Assembly (NCBI GenBank): GCA_944392485.1
Contig: CALXWO010000001.1
Location: 114,725-178,724 of the forward strand
From: an uncultured Clostridia bacterium
Lineage (GTDB): Bacteria > Bacillota > Clostridia > TANB77 > CAG-508
Length of the DNA: 64,000 bases
Reading direction: 5' to 3'
Shown piece after piece: positions 20,363 to 31,258 of this stretch (the first letter of the stretch is position 1; the number at the start of each line of letters is the position of its first letter). A program made the position numbers and the translations under genes. Below the pieces are notes generated by a model. That model worked only from the letters and a program-made list of their open reading frames with translations. It was not told where the DNA came from and did not search any database.

Positions 20363-21637
20363 TTAATTATCCCATGGTCCTTCTGGAATTTCTCCCCTTA
20401 CCTTTTCTTTTTCTCCTTTTTCCTCTAATATATCTTCCTTTGCATCTTCAAATGTTGTCTTACCTTCATGAATTTCATGCATTACTTCTTTAATTTCAGC
20501 TACAGTAAATCCTTCTTTTTTCATTTCTTCTATTTGTTTTGCTATAGTATCTGTTTTATTTAGTATCGCTGTTATTGAAATATCATCTAAGTCGCTATCC
20601 TTTAGTTGTCCCACAATAAGAACCGCATTTACTATTCTCCTTACCCTCTCATCTGCTAATCCTTCTTTTTTCAATTTTTTTATAAACTCAACTTCTTCTA
20701 CACTAAGCTTTCCATCTAATTTAGTCCCTCTAATTGTATTACCAAGTTCAGCAGCTAATACAACATCTTCTATATCCCAAACAGACTCTCCTCTTGAAAG
20801 TCCTTCTTTAATTTTAGTATTACCTGAAGTATCAGCATTTATATAATCAAGTGCTGGTATTAATACATATTCTCCTCTTGGAGTTCTTTGACCAACTAGA
20901 GTTCTAGTATCATCTGTTGCTGGATTTTCGGCTATATCTGTTGCTAAAACATATTTTCCAAATACCTTCATATCATCTACTGGTTTTTTTTCAAGTGTTC
21001 CATCTTTATTTAGAATCCAACACGGCTGTGTAGAATTAGTACCCTCATTTCTTCTACTTCCTGCAGGTTCAAAATATTTTCCGCTAGTGTTTTTTGCAAT
21101 ATATTTAAACTGATGTGAATCTTTTTTATCCCTTACTCTAGTTACTTCATGAGCTCTTTCTCCAAACATTTTATGCATTAATAAACTTAAATCTTCACCT
21201 GCTGTAGTTACTTCTCTACCACTTCTCAAAGTCATATCTCGTCCTTCTTTTTTTGCCACATTTAATTCTTGCTCTAATTTTATACTTTTAGGATTAGATT
21301 TTTCTTGTTCTGTTGGAATTCTTCCTAATGTAGTATACTTATCAAATTCAAACCTATTTTGATATTGTTCAAGAGCTTTTCTTATAGCTTCGCTTGGAAT
21401 AGGTTTTCCATTTTTTACTGTTGCTATAGTTTTACCTCCAACTTGGATTTTATAATCGCCTTTTTGATTTTTTCCTTCATCATGCATAAGTCCAATCTTA
21501 ATAAATGATCTTCCATCAGATAATATAACTGAATTTTTGTCATTTAAAAGAGCAACATTTATTTCTTCTATTATTTCATTTGTAATTTTTTCATCTAATG
21601 CTAAATCTTTACCTGTTCTGCTTTCATTTTCTTCCAT
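20363..21637 (-). CDS. hypothetical soluble charged protein (424 aa), last gene of the T4SS-like cluster
   Basis: No TM and no recognisable catalytic motif; co-oriented and tightly spaced with the upstream cluster genes. Confidence 0.4.
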   Translation of the reverse strand: MEENESRTGKDLALDEKITNEIIEEINVALLNDKNSVILSDGRSFIKIGLMHDEGKNQKGDYKIQVGGKTIATVKNGKPIPSEAIRKALEQYQNRFEFDKYTTLGRIPTEQEKSNPKSIKLEQELNVAKKEGRDMTLRSGREVTTAGEDLSLLMHKMFGERAHEVTRVRDKKDSHQFKYIAKNTSGKYFEPAGSRRNEGTNSTQPCWILNKDGTLEKKPVDDMKVFGKYVLATDIAENPATDDTRTLVGQRTPRGEYVLIPALDYINADTSGNTKIKEGLSRGESVWDIEDVVLAAELGNTIRGTKLDGKLSVEEVEFIKKLKKEGLADERVRRIVNAVLIVGQLKDSDLDDISITAILNKTDTIAKQIEEMKKEGFTVAEIKEVMHEIHEGKTTFEDAKEDILEEKGEKEKVRGEIPEGPWDN

Positions 21638-21648
21638 TATATAATCAC

Positions 21649-22971
21649 CTACTCTTCTATGTTAAATGACATTACAAAATCTCTATTATCTTTTAATTGC
21701 ATAATTATTTGCATATTAATTGGATCTCCATCACTTGCTCTTTTTCCATTTAAAGTTATATTATATATATATGTTGAACCCTCGTTATAAAAGTTATTAA
21801 ATTCTATATCTCTGTTCCCTAAAAATTTTTCTGAAATATAACTTTCAAAATCCTCTATTGAAGGATAATTATTTTGTTTAAACTCCTCATCTAATTTGCT
21901 ATATACATAGTTATAATCTTTGTTGTTTAGTGCAGCAATAATTTTTTGAATATTAATTGCAACCCTTTCCTGAACATTACTATTGTCATAATTAGTTGTA
22001 ATCTCTTCTAGGTCTATTGTATAAAAATCTGTTAAAACTGAATATTCTATAATATTTGTTACTTTAAATATATAATAGTTTCCATTTGTATCCACTATTA
22101 TATACTGTGTATATCCATCTTTTTCAGAAATATTATATTCGGATACTGTACTATTTAATAATTGATTTTGATTTCTTGAAACATATTGTTTGTAATCTTC
22201 TATATCTACAAATTTCTCACTCCTATAATTTTTATCTAGAAGATTATATCCTAATTCTGGATAATATACTGCCATCGTATTATAATTATCTAAATACTTT
22301 TGTAAAGCATATGGATCATCACTTTCATACTCTTCAAAATTATTATAGTCATTTAGTTCTATATTCTTAGTTTCTTGACTATCTACACTTATAAATTCAG
22401 TTGTATTAGTACTTATTAAGTTTTCTACTATATTTAAATATCCTTGTTCGTCTGTTTCAATAGTTTCATCAAATGTTATATTAAAAGATTTGTTCTCATA
22501 ATCTAAATTAGCAATCATGTAAATTGTAGTAATTGTACTATAATTTTCTCCTAAAAGCTCTCCATAAATATAGTACTGGTACTCTACATCATAACTTATT
22601 TCTCTATAATAAATGTCTTTAATAAAAAATTTTTCAAATCCATTTTCTAACTGATAAACCTTTTGTAATACATTTGTATTAGTAATTCCATTTTTTTCAA
22701 TATAATTGTCATTTAATAAGCAATATACTCCATTATTATTGTTCTCAGCTAAAATTTCAAAATATTTATTAATACACTCTTCTACTGTAAAAAATTCATT
22801 TTCGTTTTCCAGTTCCATTATATCTAAAGTTGTGGTTAACTCAGGATTTTGATCTATTGAAATCTCTTCTTTTTCTTCGTCTCTTTTAAGTTTAATTAAA
22901 ATTACCGATACAACAACAATTATTATACATAATATAACAATTAATATTATTAGATTTTTTTTGTTTTTCAT
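21649..22971 (-). CDS. N-terminally membrane-anchored Tyr/Asn-rich protein (possible VirB8/TcpC-like T4SS component)
   Basis: Single N-terminal TM (LIILIVILCIIIVVVSVILI), 400-aa extracytoplasmic domain; its position after the hydrolase matches the Tn916 orf13 / pCW3 tcpC slot. Confidence 0.4.
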   Translation of the reverse strand: MKNKKNLIILIVILCIIIVVVSVILIKLKRDEEKEEISIDQNPELTTTLDIMELENENEFFTVEECINKYFEILAENNNNGVYCLLNDNYIEKNGITNTNVLQKVYQLENGFEKFFIKDIYYREISYDVEYQYYIYGELLGENYSTITTIYMIANLDYENKSFNITFDETIETDEQGYLNIVENLISTNTTEFISVDSQETKNIELNDYNNFEEYESDDPYALQKYLDNYNTMAVYYPELGYNLLDKNYRSEKFVDIEDYKQYVSRNQNQLLNSTVSEYNISEKDGYTQYIIVDTNGNYYIFKVTNIIEYSVLTDFYTIDLEEITTNYDNSNVQERVAINIQKIIAALNNKDYNYVYSKLDEEFKQNNYPSIEDFESYISEKFLGNRDIEFNNFYNEGSTYIYNITLNGKRASDGDPINMQIIMQLKDNRDFVMSFNIEE

Positions 22972-22980
22972 GTTTTCCCC

Positions 22981-25900
22981 CTATTTTAATTTTATATATT
23001 CACAATATCCTGAAGCATCTAAATATGAGGTTTTTAGCCATCCAGTTGAAATGCCGTCTTTTCTGCTAGCTGGGTTAGAAACATATATTTTGCTTCCATC
23101 TTCGCTAATAGAAAGTATTGCAACAAAATGCGAACTGCTCCTTGCAAATCCTCCATTTCCCTTATATCTTACTATAACTGGATTTCCCTTTTTTAATTCA
23201 TTTATAACATCCGTTTTATTAAAACTCCTATATTGTATCCATTCTTGTCCTGTTAATTTTTGTAGAATACTAGGGTGAACATCACTATTTAAATTATTAA
23301 CATCAATAGGTGTTGCACTGCTTCCAAATCCAGATGCAATAATTGCATCTGATGTGATTGCACATCCAACATCTTTAATACTTCTTCCACTGCTACTTGT
23401 TTTTAATACTACATTCGGGTAATCTAGTTGCTTATAATTAATATATGTTCTATTTCCTACTGTAAAAGTGGTATATGATCCGTTTGAACCTTCAGTTCCA
23501 CCTGTTGCTCCAGTAATACCTATACTGTTATATATTTTAGTCATTTCGGCTATAACGTTATTACCCCAAGTTTCATTACAATAGGTTGGTGCAATAGTCG
23601 ATACTGTAAACTTACCTGTTTTAAAGTAATAACTTCCGTTTGCAATTAAGTTACCAAAATCTCTTACAGATTCATTAAAGCTAGAATATACTCTCCACCC
23701 ATTATTTGAATTACCATTATAGCTTCCTTTTATACTATACCAATTATATGTACTTGGATCTATTGCAGCCCAATTTGTTCCTCCAGAAGACTCTATTATT
23801 GTAACTGCTACTGCAAAAACGGAATTTACTTTATTGTTTTCTTGTATGTATATAAAATCATCTACACAACTTAATAAATTGTCCTTTGTTTTGCCTGAAT
23901 ATGTTTTTTTAATTGCATCTGTTAACTCCTCTTTTGTTAATACTAATTCATCTGATGAAAGAGTAGTATTTACATTATAATCGCTTCCACCATATGGTAC
24001 AGTACTAAAAATAAACGCAATTTGTGAAGCATCAGTAATTCCATAATCTATTCCTGTATAAATATACATTATATATTTAAATATATCCACCAATGATTTT
24101 GTATTGTCTGATTTTTCTAAAAGTTCAAATGTCATCTCTGGTGCACTTTCAAATATATCTCCTACTTCAGTTGTTCCATTATATATATCGCTATATTTTA
24201 CTTTAATTCCATCTGATTTATAAACTGTATTTCCAATTGCTCCTGTTTCATTTTTCCATAAAGCTAAAAAATTGTATACTTTATTTGTATTTACTTTTGG
24301 AAGATTTGTGCTAACCTCAATAACATCTGTTGCATATTTTGTAGTATTATTATATCGTTTTGCATTGCTCATTTTATATTTAGTATATAAATAATCTGAA
24401 CCGCTACTAGCTCCTGTTTTACTATTATATTGTCCTTTATCATCTGCAGAAATTAATCCTAATCCTCTTAATCTCCAATATTCAAAATTTTCGTTTTTAT
24501 TATTGCCTAAATCTTTGTTTAATATAGAACTTAATATATCAGAGTTATTTAGTATACGAGTATTTTCATTTGCTGTTATTCCCACTTCATTTGCTCTCTT
24601 ATCATGTATAAATATTGATAAAACTTCTTTTTCTTCTATATCTTCATAATTAGTTAAAGAATTATAGTCAAAATTATTATACTCAGTTTCCTCACATTCT
24701 ACAGCATCTATTGAATATACCTTACTTTTTAGTGGAGGATCGTATGTAATATCTCCATACCATGTTGATATAGAATCAATATAAAATTCCCATGATGTTT
24801 CATATCTTTCGTTTATAGTTATTTCTTGTGCTTCTACTTTTCCAAGAGAGAATCCTGTTCCTGGATCATACGCACATTTTAAATAATCACTTATGTTACT
24901 TGCTTTTCTTATTGCATCTTTTCCTTGCATAACATATATAACAAGTTCATCTAACGTTTCCTCTAATTCTTCATCAGTCCAAAAATATATTGTTTTCCAA
25001 ATATATTGTTCTGCTTTATCTGCTAAATATGTCCTTACATTTTCTTGCGTATATCCACCTTTATCTTTATATTCTTCTGTTACATTATCTTGTACATATT
25101 CTGATAATGTCCTATCGTCACCTAAGAAACCATTTATAATAGTAACATACCAAGATTCAACTTCGTATACTCCATCTGGCACACCATAATCAATATTATC
25201 AAAATCAGGTAAATCTACAACACTATATTCAAATCTATTCCCTTCGTAGATTCTATCATATATTAGTTCTTTATATGTAAGCATATTATCATCATTGGTG
25301 TCTATAAGTCCCTCTACCATGTCATATGCTTCAAATATAAAGTTGTCTGGAATTTCATATGTATCTTTTCCATATGTTATGTTCTCTGTAGTAATTGAAT
25401 ATCCTTTTATTGTAACTTTTGTATTTTCTAATGCATAATCTATAAACTCATCTATATATTGTGGGCTTCCTGTCATAGTTAAGAAATTTATAAGAAGTTC
25501 CATAGATACCGTGTATTGTGAAGAATCTACAGAATTTTGCACGTTAATAGTAACCGGCAGAACTTCGTATGTAGAATTTGTTTCTGTTCCATCTTTATTT
25601 ACTAATTCATCATTATTTCTATTAAAAATGTATTTATATTTATTCTCATTTTTAATTATTTTGTATACTGTCATTTCTCCATTTTCATCATAAGTATAGT
25701 GATGCAATAAATCAAATTCTTCTTGGCTTCCTTCTTTATTACCCTTTTGCTCATATCTGTTTTTTATTTCTTCAAACTCTGTATTAGAAACATAGCCCAT
25801 TGAATCTCCTGTTTCTGTTGTTACTTCTGTTGTTCCTAATATTCCTAAATAATATAAATCTTCTCCTTTTCCTATCATATTGTCTTCATCCTGAAAATAA

Positions 25901-26433
25901 AAGAATCTATCTGTTATGTAATATAAATCATATTTAGGTTTGGAAATTGGAAATTGTCCTTTTTCATCACTACTAATTTTAGTACATGTATTAAAGAAAT
26001 CATTTAAGTTTGAATATCCCGTATCATTCAAAATATCTTCTTCACTTATTTCTGCAACACATAATGTGTCTTTAGTAGAAGATGTTACTGCATGTGCAAG
26101 CAAAATTTTTCTAAGCATAGTTTCTGTTAATCCTGCATTCTCTGTGTTTATTTGTTGGGCTTCTAATTGATCCTTCAGGGCGGAAACATTATCCTTGCCA
26201 ATAGCATAAATATACATACCATCTTTTACAACACTAAATCCAAAAAATTGTTTTAGATTTTCTATAAATGTCAGTGTACCATTTATAATATTTCCTGCTA
26301 AATTTTTAAAAAAATCAACTACTGTACTAACAATTCCATCTACAACTGCAACAAAACATATTGCAGGAACAAGTATGCACACTAGTATTATTGATAATAT
26401 TTTAGATGCACTAAATTTGCCAGTATCTCCCAT
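22981..26433 (-). CDS. giant (1150 aa) membrane-anchored cell-wall hydrolase of conjugation type (CwlT/TcpG-like; C-terminal glycoside-hydrolase-like plus Cys/His peptidase domains)
   Basis: N-terminal TM. C-terminal region with a ...NSVFAVAVTIIESSGGTNWA... lysozyme/glucosaminidase-like segment, followed by a VGCAITSD...HFVAIL...SNP Cys-His peptidase-like domain; its position after VirB6 resembles ICEBs1 conG-cwlT. Confidence 0.55.
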   Translation of the reverse strand: MGDTGKFSASKILSIILVCILVPAICFVAVVDGIVSTVVDFFKNLAGNIINGTLTFIENLKQFFGFSVVKDGMYIYAIGKDNVSALKDQLEAQQINTENAGLTETMLRKILLAHAVTSSTKDTLCVAEISEEDILNDTGYSNLNDFFNTCTKISSDEKGQFPISKPKYDLYYITDRFFYFQDEDNMIGKGEDLYYLGILGTTEVTTETGDSMGYVSNTEFEEIKNRYEQKGNKEGSQEEFDLLHHYTYDENGEMTVYKIIKNENKYKYIFNRNNDELVNKDGTETNSTYEVLPVTINVQNSVDSSQYTVSMELLINFLTMTGSPQYIDEFIDYALENTKVTIKGYSITTENITYGKDTYEIPDNFIFEAYDMVEGLIDTNDDNMLTYKELIYDRIYEGNRFEYSVVDLPDFDNIDYGVPDGVYEVESWYVTIINGFLGDDRTLSEYVQDNVTEEYKDKGGYTQENVRTYLADKAEQYIWKTIYFWTDEELEETLDELVIYVMQGKDAIRKASNISDYLKCAYDPGTGFSLGKVEAQEITINERYETSWEFYIDSISTWYGDITYDPPLKSKVYSIDAVECEETEYNNFDYNSLTNYEDIEEKEVLSIFIHDKRANEVGITANENTRILNNSDILSSILNKDLGNNKNENFEYWRLRGLGLISADDKGQYNSKTGASSGSDYLYTKYKMSNAKRYNNTTKYATDVIEVSTNLPKVNTNKVYNFLALWKNETGAIGNTVYKSDGIKVKYSDIYNGTTEVGDIFESAPEMTFELLEKSDNTKSLVDIFKYIMYIYTGIDYGITDASQIAFIFSTVPYGGSDYNVNTTLSSDELVLTKEELTDAIKKTYSGKTKDNLLSCVDDFIYIQENNKVNSVFAVAVTIIESSGGTNWAAIDPSTYNWYSIKGSYNGNSNNGWRVYSSFNESVRDFGNLIANGSYYFKTGKFTVSTIAPTYCNETWGNNVIAEMTKIYNSIGITGATGGTEGSNGSYTTFTVGNRTYINYKQLDYPNVVLKTSSSGRSIKDVGCAITSDAIIASGFGSSATPIDVNNLNSDVHPSILQKLTGQEWIQYRSFNKTDVINELKKGNPVIVRYKGNGGFARSSSHFVAILSISEDGSKIYVSNPASRKDGISTGWLKTSYLDASGYCEYIKLK

Positions 26434-26448
26434 AACTTGTTCCTCCTT

Positions 26449-27405
26449 TTATACTTCGACTTTTACTTCTATAAAATCATTATATGTTTCTCTATTTTTA
26501 GTAAATTCGTTATAATTTTTAACAACATTAGAAAAAACTATATCCATAGAATTTACACTTGTTGTATATTTTTTTACAAATTGTATAGTTATACTTCTTG
26601 TTTCTCCTGGGTTTAACATAAGTTCTATAAAACTTATTGAATTTGTATTTACTGAGCGAATATTTCCGTCCTCTAATTCTAAACCTAGTGTACTGGCTGG
26701 ACTTCTCATACTATCTAGCATTATTATATTTTCTGTATTGTTTGTTACTTCTAAAGTATATTCTTCATAATCCATATATACATCTACTTTTTTTACATCT
26801 ATTTTTAATTCATTTGTATTAGTGTTTTTATTAATTTCTTTTGTATATATAAATCCATTAATATTAATTTTTTTATTATCTCCATCACTAGCTATAGTAA
26901 TATAATCTTGATATGCACCTTCATCATCATATTTTCCTGTTGCCATCATATTATTTATAATTCTAATTTGATATACATCGTACTCTCCTTTTGTAGACCA
27001 TGATTGTAAAGAATATTCTTTTTTTTCTGCAAAATATCTGTCACAATATTTTAGCTTAAAATCTTCTACTGTAGGATATAAATTATTTTTACAATCTTCT
27101 GTTAATAGGTTATATGCGTCTTCTACTTTTTTTTCGTTGCAATATCCAATAAATATATCTACTAGATTAGAATCTTCTTGATATTTTTCTTCACTTATAG
27201 TTGAACCAGATGTAATTGTTTCTTGTGGCTTATAAATTTCTGTTTTGCTTTGAGTGCTAATATTAGTATTTCCATTTGAAAAATATATGTACATTACAAA
27301 AACTACTATAGCAACAATTATTAGTATTTTTACAATTATCTCTATTTTTTCTTTGTTTTTATTTAAAAAATTACTTAGCCACCTTCGAAACATATTTTCC
27401 TCCAC
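26449..27405 (-). CDS. membrane-anchored hypothetical protein (318 aa) of the T4SS-like cluster
   Basis: N-terminal TM (ILIIVAIVVFVMYIYF), extracytoplasmic domain. Confidence 0.4.
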   Translation of the reverse strand: MEENMFRRWLSNFLNKNKEKIEIIVKILIIVAIVVFVMYIYFSNGNTNISTQSKTEIYKPQETITSGSTISEEKYQEDSNLVDIFIGYCNEKKVEDAYNLLTEDCKNNLYPTVEDFKLKYCDRYFAEKKEYSLQSWSTKGEYDVYQIRIINNMMATGKYDDEGAYQDYITIASDGDNKKININGFIYTKEINKNTNTNELKIDVKKVDVYMDYEEYTLEVTNNTENIIMLDSMRSPASTLGLELEDGNIRSVNTNSISFIELMLNPGETRSITIQFVKKYTTSVNSMDIVFSNVVKNYNEFTKNRETYNDFIEVKVEV

Positions 27406-27487
27406 ATTTAAAAAATTTTCGTATTTTTATATAAAGGAACTTAATATATACTAATAAGTTCCTTTATTTTTTTATTTCTTTTTTCTA

Positions 27488-30028
27488 TTAATTAGATGTT
27501 CTATCTCTTAGCTCTTTATTCATAACGTTTTCTAATTGTTTAACACCTGCTGATACACTTTTTCCTGATGTTAAGTCTATTTGTTTAACTCCAGATTTAA
27601 TTGCTTTGTCTATATATTTATCCACTCTCATAACTTTATCTGGTGTTCTTAATCCTGGTGCCATCTTTCCGTTTTTTAAGCTTTGTTCAAGTTGAACTAA
27701 TCTATGTAAAACTTCTGGGTTTTTTTGACCTGCTTCTACATATGGTCTTGATTGTTGCATTACTTGTTTTGCCTTTTCTTGTATTTGTGGAGAAGATGCA
27801 TTTCCTCCTGAAGATTTAGCTATTAGTTGTGCAACAGCATTTACATTGCTTTGATTATTTATAACTTTTTCTGATTTTAAATTAGCCATAACAGCTTGTG
27901 CAGGTGTTTTTCCTGTTCTTTCTTGTGTACCAAGCATTTGGTCTATTTTCTGTACATTTGTCATTCCCATATTAATATATGGAGCTGCTTGTTGTAATCT
28001 TGCTTTTGCTTCCTCTTTATCTAAACCGTGTGCTTGTTTCATATAATTAATATTATTTTTATTATTAACAAATGCATCTAATTTTTCTTTCTTTGTACTA
28101 TCTATTTTTCCTTTTGCTGAATCATATCCAAGATATCCTTGTCGCCAATTTTCATCTTTACTATCCTCATCTAAAGCCATTGAGTTCCTTAATTCAAACA
28201 ATCCTGCTCTTGCTTCGTTAAATGCTTCTAGACTATTAGGATTTGTAAGTGCTTGTTTAGGTATTTCTGCTCCTTTTTTTAATCTATCTAATAATTTATT
28301 TCCAGGAGCATTAGGGTCTTTATCCCCTAATGCTTGATCAAATTCTTGATCAGACATATCTATTTGCTCAATTTTATTTATTGTTCCATCTAAGCTTTCT
28401 TTATTTCCTTTTCCTTCTTTTAGTTGATTTGCTGCTTCTTTTAATTGATTTGCTGCTTCTTTTAATGCTGTTGCATCACTTGCTTCTTTGTTTTTATCTG
28501 CAAATGCCTTTTCTTTTTCTTCTAATTCTTTACCCATTTCCATATGTGCTCTATAATCATCCGCAGTCCATCCAGATTCTGGATTTAGTCCCTCTTCTGT
28601 AAGGGCATCATATGCTTCTCTTTCTCCTTTTATATCTACTTCTGATAAATCATTATTAAGTTCTTCTCCTTCACCTAATTGATTTAATGCATTTTCTCCT
28701 TCTTTTAGTTCACTTAAAGCATTTTGTCCCATAGAAGATGCTCCTTTGCCAGCCACATTAGTCATAGCTCCTCCTGCCATTCCTGCAGCTGCGGCTCCAC
28801 CTGTTGCAACTGCTGCTGCGACTTGTGCAACTTGCATTACTACTTTTTCTACCGCTTTTATTGTTTTTACACCTGATTCAGAAGATCCTTGTTTTGCAAC
28901 TGATGATTGGTCAAATCCAAATAAACGCATAAAGAATTTTTCTGCAGGTCTAATTAAAGATATTGCAATTAAAACATAAACAGATACCATTATAGATTGT
29001 TGGTTTGTTGGATCCAAATTATTTATTAATGTTTTCCAAAAGCCCCCTACAGATGTGTTTGTTCCTAAAGCTCCCAATGGAAGGCCAACTAGAATATAAA
29101 AAATTAGCATATGAAAAGCTTGTAATAATACTGTTAATATGTATTCTTTAAACCATTTGTTAAATATTTGGGTTTGTGAATTTCCAAGTGCATATGATGT
29201 TGCAACAACTGGTGAAATTACTGTTAAAATTACTACCCATACAAATCTTTTAAAATAAGCTATAAAAAATACTATTGTTAAATAAGTTACATATGCATAC
29301 ATTATTGTTATTATAATTGTTGTTGTACCATCCCAGATTGATGTATTAGTAAATGCATCTCTTATCATTGCGACTAAACTATCTCCACCAAAACCCTTTG
29401 ACATAGCATCTACCAATAAATCTGATATATAAAATATGCCAATCATAATAAAATGCATAAACATTAAAAGGCATAGTGCTTTTATCCAATCTAAAAGAGC
29501 TTTTTTCCATTTTGCTTGTTCATATGGTGATGCAGCTGTAATTAATATTCTAATTCCAGTATAAATTAATAAACACAATAAAATTACTGCACATATATTT
29601 CTGAGCCAAACATATATGTTTGAAACAATTTTCTTTAATGCTGTTGCAAGAGATTGATTCCCACTCTCAAGAATCTCCTGAAGATTTTGATTACTTTCTG
29701 GAGCATCAAAAATATTCGCATCTAATAGTGGTACTTGGTTTGTAAATATTTTATCTGGGCTCATAAGAACATCATGAGCAGCACTTACTAAATTATTATT
29801 AAAAAGTCCATTTGCAACAGTATTCCAATTTGTACCAGCTGGAACACATATTGATGCCATAATAAGATTAAAAGCATCAATTATTCCAACAAAAAAGGAA
29901 CATACTGGTTTTGTAAGTATTCCTGTAAATGCACCATAACTTGTATTTAGTGGAAATGAAAAGCTTATTAATATTACTACTACCAATATAAGTGCTATTT
30001 TTTTAAAACTATTATTTTTTTTGCTCAT
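27488..30028 (-). CDS. VirB6-like polytopic membrane protein (ConG/TcpH/Tn916-Orf15 type) with an Ala/Lys/Glu-rich C-terminal tail
   Basis: 846 aa; signal/TM plus at least six further TM helices in the first 420 aa, then a long low-complexity coiled tail; its size and position next to VirB4 and the hydrolase resemble the MPF_FA class. Confidence 0.6.
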   Translation of the reverse strand: MSKKNNSFKKIALILVVVILISFSFPLNTSYGAFTGILTKPVCSFFVGIIDAFNLIMASICVPAGTNWNTVANGLFNNNLVSAAHDVLMSPDKIFTNQVPLLDANIFDAPESNQNLQEILESGNQSLATALKKIVSNIYVWLRNICAVILLCLLIYTGIRILITAASPYEQAKWKKALLDWIKALCLLMFMHFIMIGIFYISDLLVDAMSKGFGGDSLVAMIRDAFTNTSIWDGTTTIIITIMYAYVTYLTIVFFIAYFKRFVWVVILTVISPVVATSYALGNSQTQIFNKWFKEYILTVLLQAFHMLIFYILVGLPLGALGTNTSVGGFWKTLINNLDPTNQQSIMVSVYVLIAISLIRPAEKFFMRLFGFDQSSVAKQGSSESGVKTIKAVEKVVMQVAQVAAAVATGGAAAAGMAGGAMTNVAGKGASSMGQNALSELKEGENALNQLGEGEELNNDLSEVDIKGEREAYDALTEEGLNPESGWTADDYRAHMEMGKELEEKEKAFADKNKEASDATALKEAANQLKEAANQLKEGKGNKESLDGTINKIEQIDMSDQEFDQALGDKDPNAPGNKLLDRLKKGAEIPKQALTNPNSLEAFNEARAGLFELRNSMALDEDSKDENWRQGYLGYDSAKGKIDSTKKEKLDAFVNNKNNINYMKQAHGLDKEEAKARLQQAAPYINMGMTNVQKIDQMLGTQERTGKTPAQAVMANLKSEKVINNQSNVNAVAQLIAKSSGGNASSPQIQEKAKQVMQQSRPYVEAGQKNPEVLHRLVQLEQSLKNGKMAPGLRTPDKVMRVDKYIDKAIKSGVKQIDLTSGKSVSAGVKQLENVMNKELRDRTSN

Positions 30029-30049
30029 ATTACAAATTCCTTTCGCATT

Positions 30050-30424
30050 CTATAATTGAAATTGCATAATTTCTATAGCAATTTTCCATATTGCTAATGC
30101 TCCTACAATAATTCCTGTTCCAATTAAAAATGGAGCAATTAAATTTTTTATTTCTGCTTTTCCCTCTGCAGTTGAAAGCATAAATTTTATACCTAAAATT
30201 ATTCCTACTGCTACTGCAACAAAAATACCAATTCCCATTAATAGTCCTGCAATATCCATAAACCCTTGTGTTGGGACATCTGTATTAAATGTGCTTCCAC
30301 CTTCTCCTAAACTTATAAAATTTTTTGCAGTATCAGTAATACCTGCATTTACTTTACTTGTAAAAGATAGCAAAAGCGTTATTAATAAAATGCAATTTAA
30401 AATTTTTATTACTTGTTTTCTCAT
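30050..30424 (-). CDS. VirB2/TrbC-like small membrane protein, paralog 3 (signal peptide + two TM)
   Basis: Shares a core with the 30448 and 34906 paralogs: ...G.L.GIGIFVAVAVGIILGIKFMLSTAEGKAEIK..IAPFLIGTGII. Confidence 0.5.
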   Translation of the reverse strand: MRKQVIKILNCILLITLLLSFTSKVNAGITDTAKNFISLGEGGSTFNTDVPTQGFMDIAGLLMGIGIFVAVAVGIILGIKFMLSTAEGKAEIKNLIAPFLIGTGIIVGALAIWKIAIEIMQFQL

Positions 30425-30447
30425 AAAATCATCCCCACGCCATAATG

Positions 30448-30852
30448 TTAATTTATAACATCATTTATTAAGCTAATTATTTGTGGTGTTACAAAAATTA
30501 ATAATGCCCCCACAATATATAATAGTGCTGTTTTTTTGTATTCTGCTTTTTCTTCTACACTACATAACATATACTTTATTCCAACTGTCATTGTCATACC
30601 AACTGCTACAAATGTACCTATAACTTGTAAAACTCCTATAATTCTATTTCCTACTGGTTCTGCTTCACTTTTAAATTTGTTACTAATTTGTACATTTGTA
30701 TCTATTGTTCCTGTTGCAAAGCATATATTTGAATTTAACAATAAAAAAATAAATAAAATTGTTAAAACTATTGTTATTTTATAAAATAATTTTTTATCCA
30801 AAAAACCACCATTCCTTATTATTATTTTACAATAAAATCTATTGTTTTGCAA
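30448..30852 (-). CDS. VirB2/TrbC-like small membrane protein, paralog 2
   Basis: NRIIGVLQVIGTFVAVGMTMTVGIKYMLCSVEEKAEYKKTALLYIVGALLIF, closest to the 34906 paralog. Confidence 0.5.
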   Translation of the reverse strand: MQNNRFYCKIIIRNGGFLDKKLFYKITIVLTILFIFLLLNSNICFATGTIDTNVQISNKFKSEAEPVGNRIIGVLQVIGTFVAVGMTMTVGIKYMLCSVEEKAEYKKTALLYIVGALLIFVTPQIISLINDVIN

Positions 30853-30917
30853 CTATCTCCATTTTTTAAAATTTGACTTTTTTTTATTATGTAGTATAAT
30901 ATAATTAATAATATTTT

Positions 30918-31202
30918 TTGGAGGTATTTACAATGGATGATTTTAAAGTCATATTCACAGACAACGATGGGGACGGCATTTACGACGATCACCAACTTGT
31001 AACTGTCATGGAGGAGCCTTCTTCTCCTACCCAAAAAACTTATTACCATCATGAAGAGCCTACACGGACATCTTACACCCCTGATGTAAAGCTTGTCTCT
31101 ACAAAGACTAAGGTAAAAATTCTTATTGCTATTTGCTGTATAGCATTGGGTATAAGTGCACTTACCTATATCGGTCTTGGAATTATATCTCTCTTCATTT
31201 GA
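30918..31202 (+). CDS. small C-terminally anchored membrane protein (94 aa), antisense to the cluster, GC-richer than its surroundings
   Basis: Only plus-strand ORF in the cluster. Acidic N-terminus (DNDGDGIYDD), C-terminal TM, followed by a perfect bidirectional terminator; contains an in-frame CGG (EPTRTSY). Confidence 0.4.
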   Translation: MEVFTMDDFKVIFTDNDGDGIYDDHQLVTVMEEPSSPTQKTYYHHEEPTRTSYTPDVKLVSTKTKVKILIAICCIALGISALTYIGLGIISLFI

Positions 31203-31214
31203 GTAATGAGACTT

Positions 31215-31258
31215 AAGCTTTCTAGGATAGATAACTATCTATCCTAGAAAGCTTTTTT
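31215..31258. terminator. bidirectional rho-independent terminator
   Basis: AAGCTTTCTAGGATAG-ataact-ATCTATCCTAGAAAGCTT 16-bp perfect stem plus TTTTTT. Confidence 0.65.
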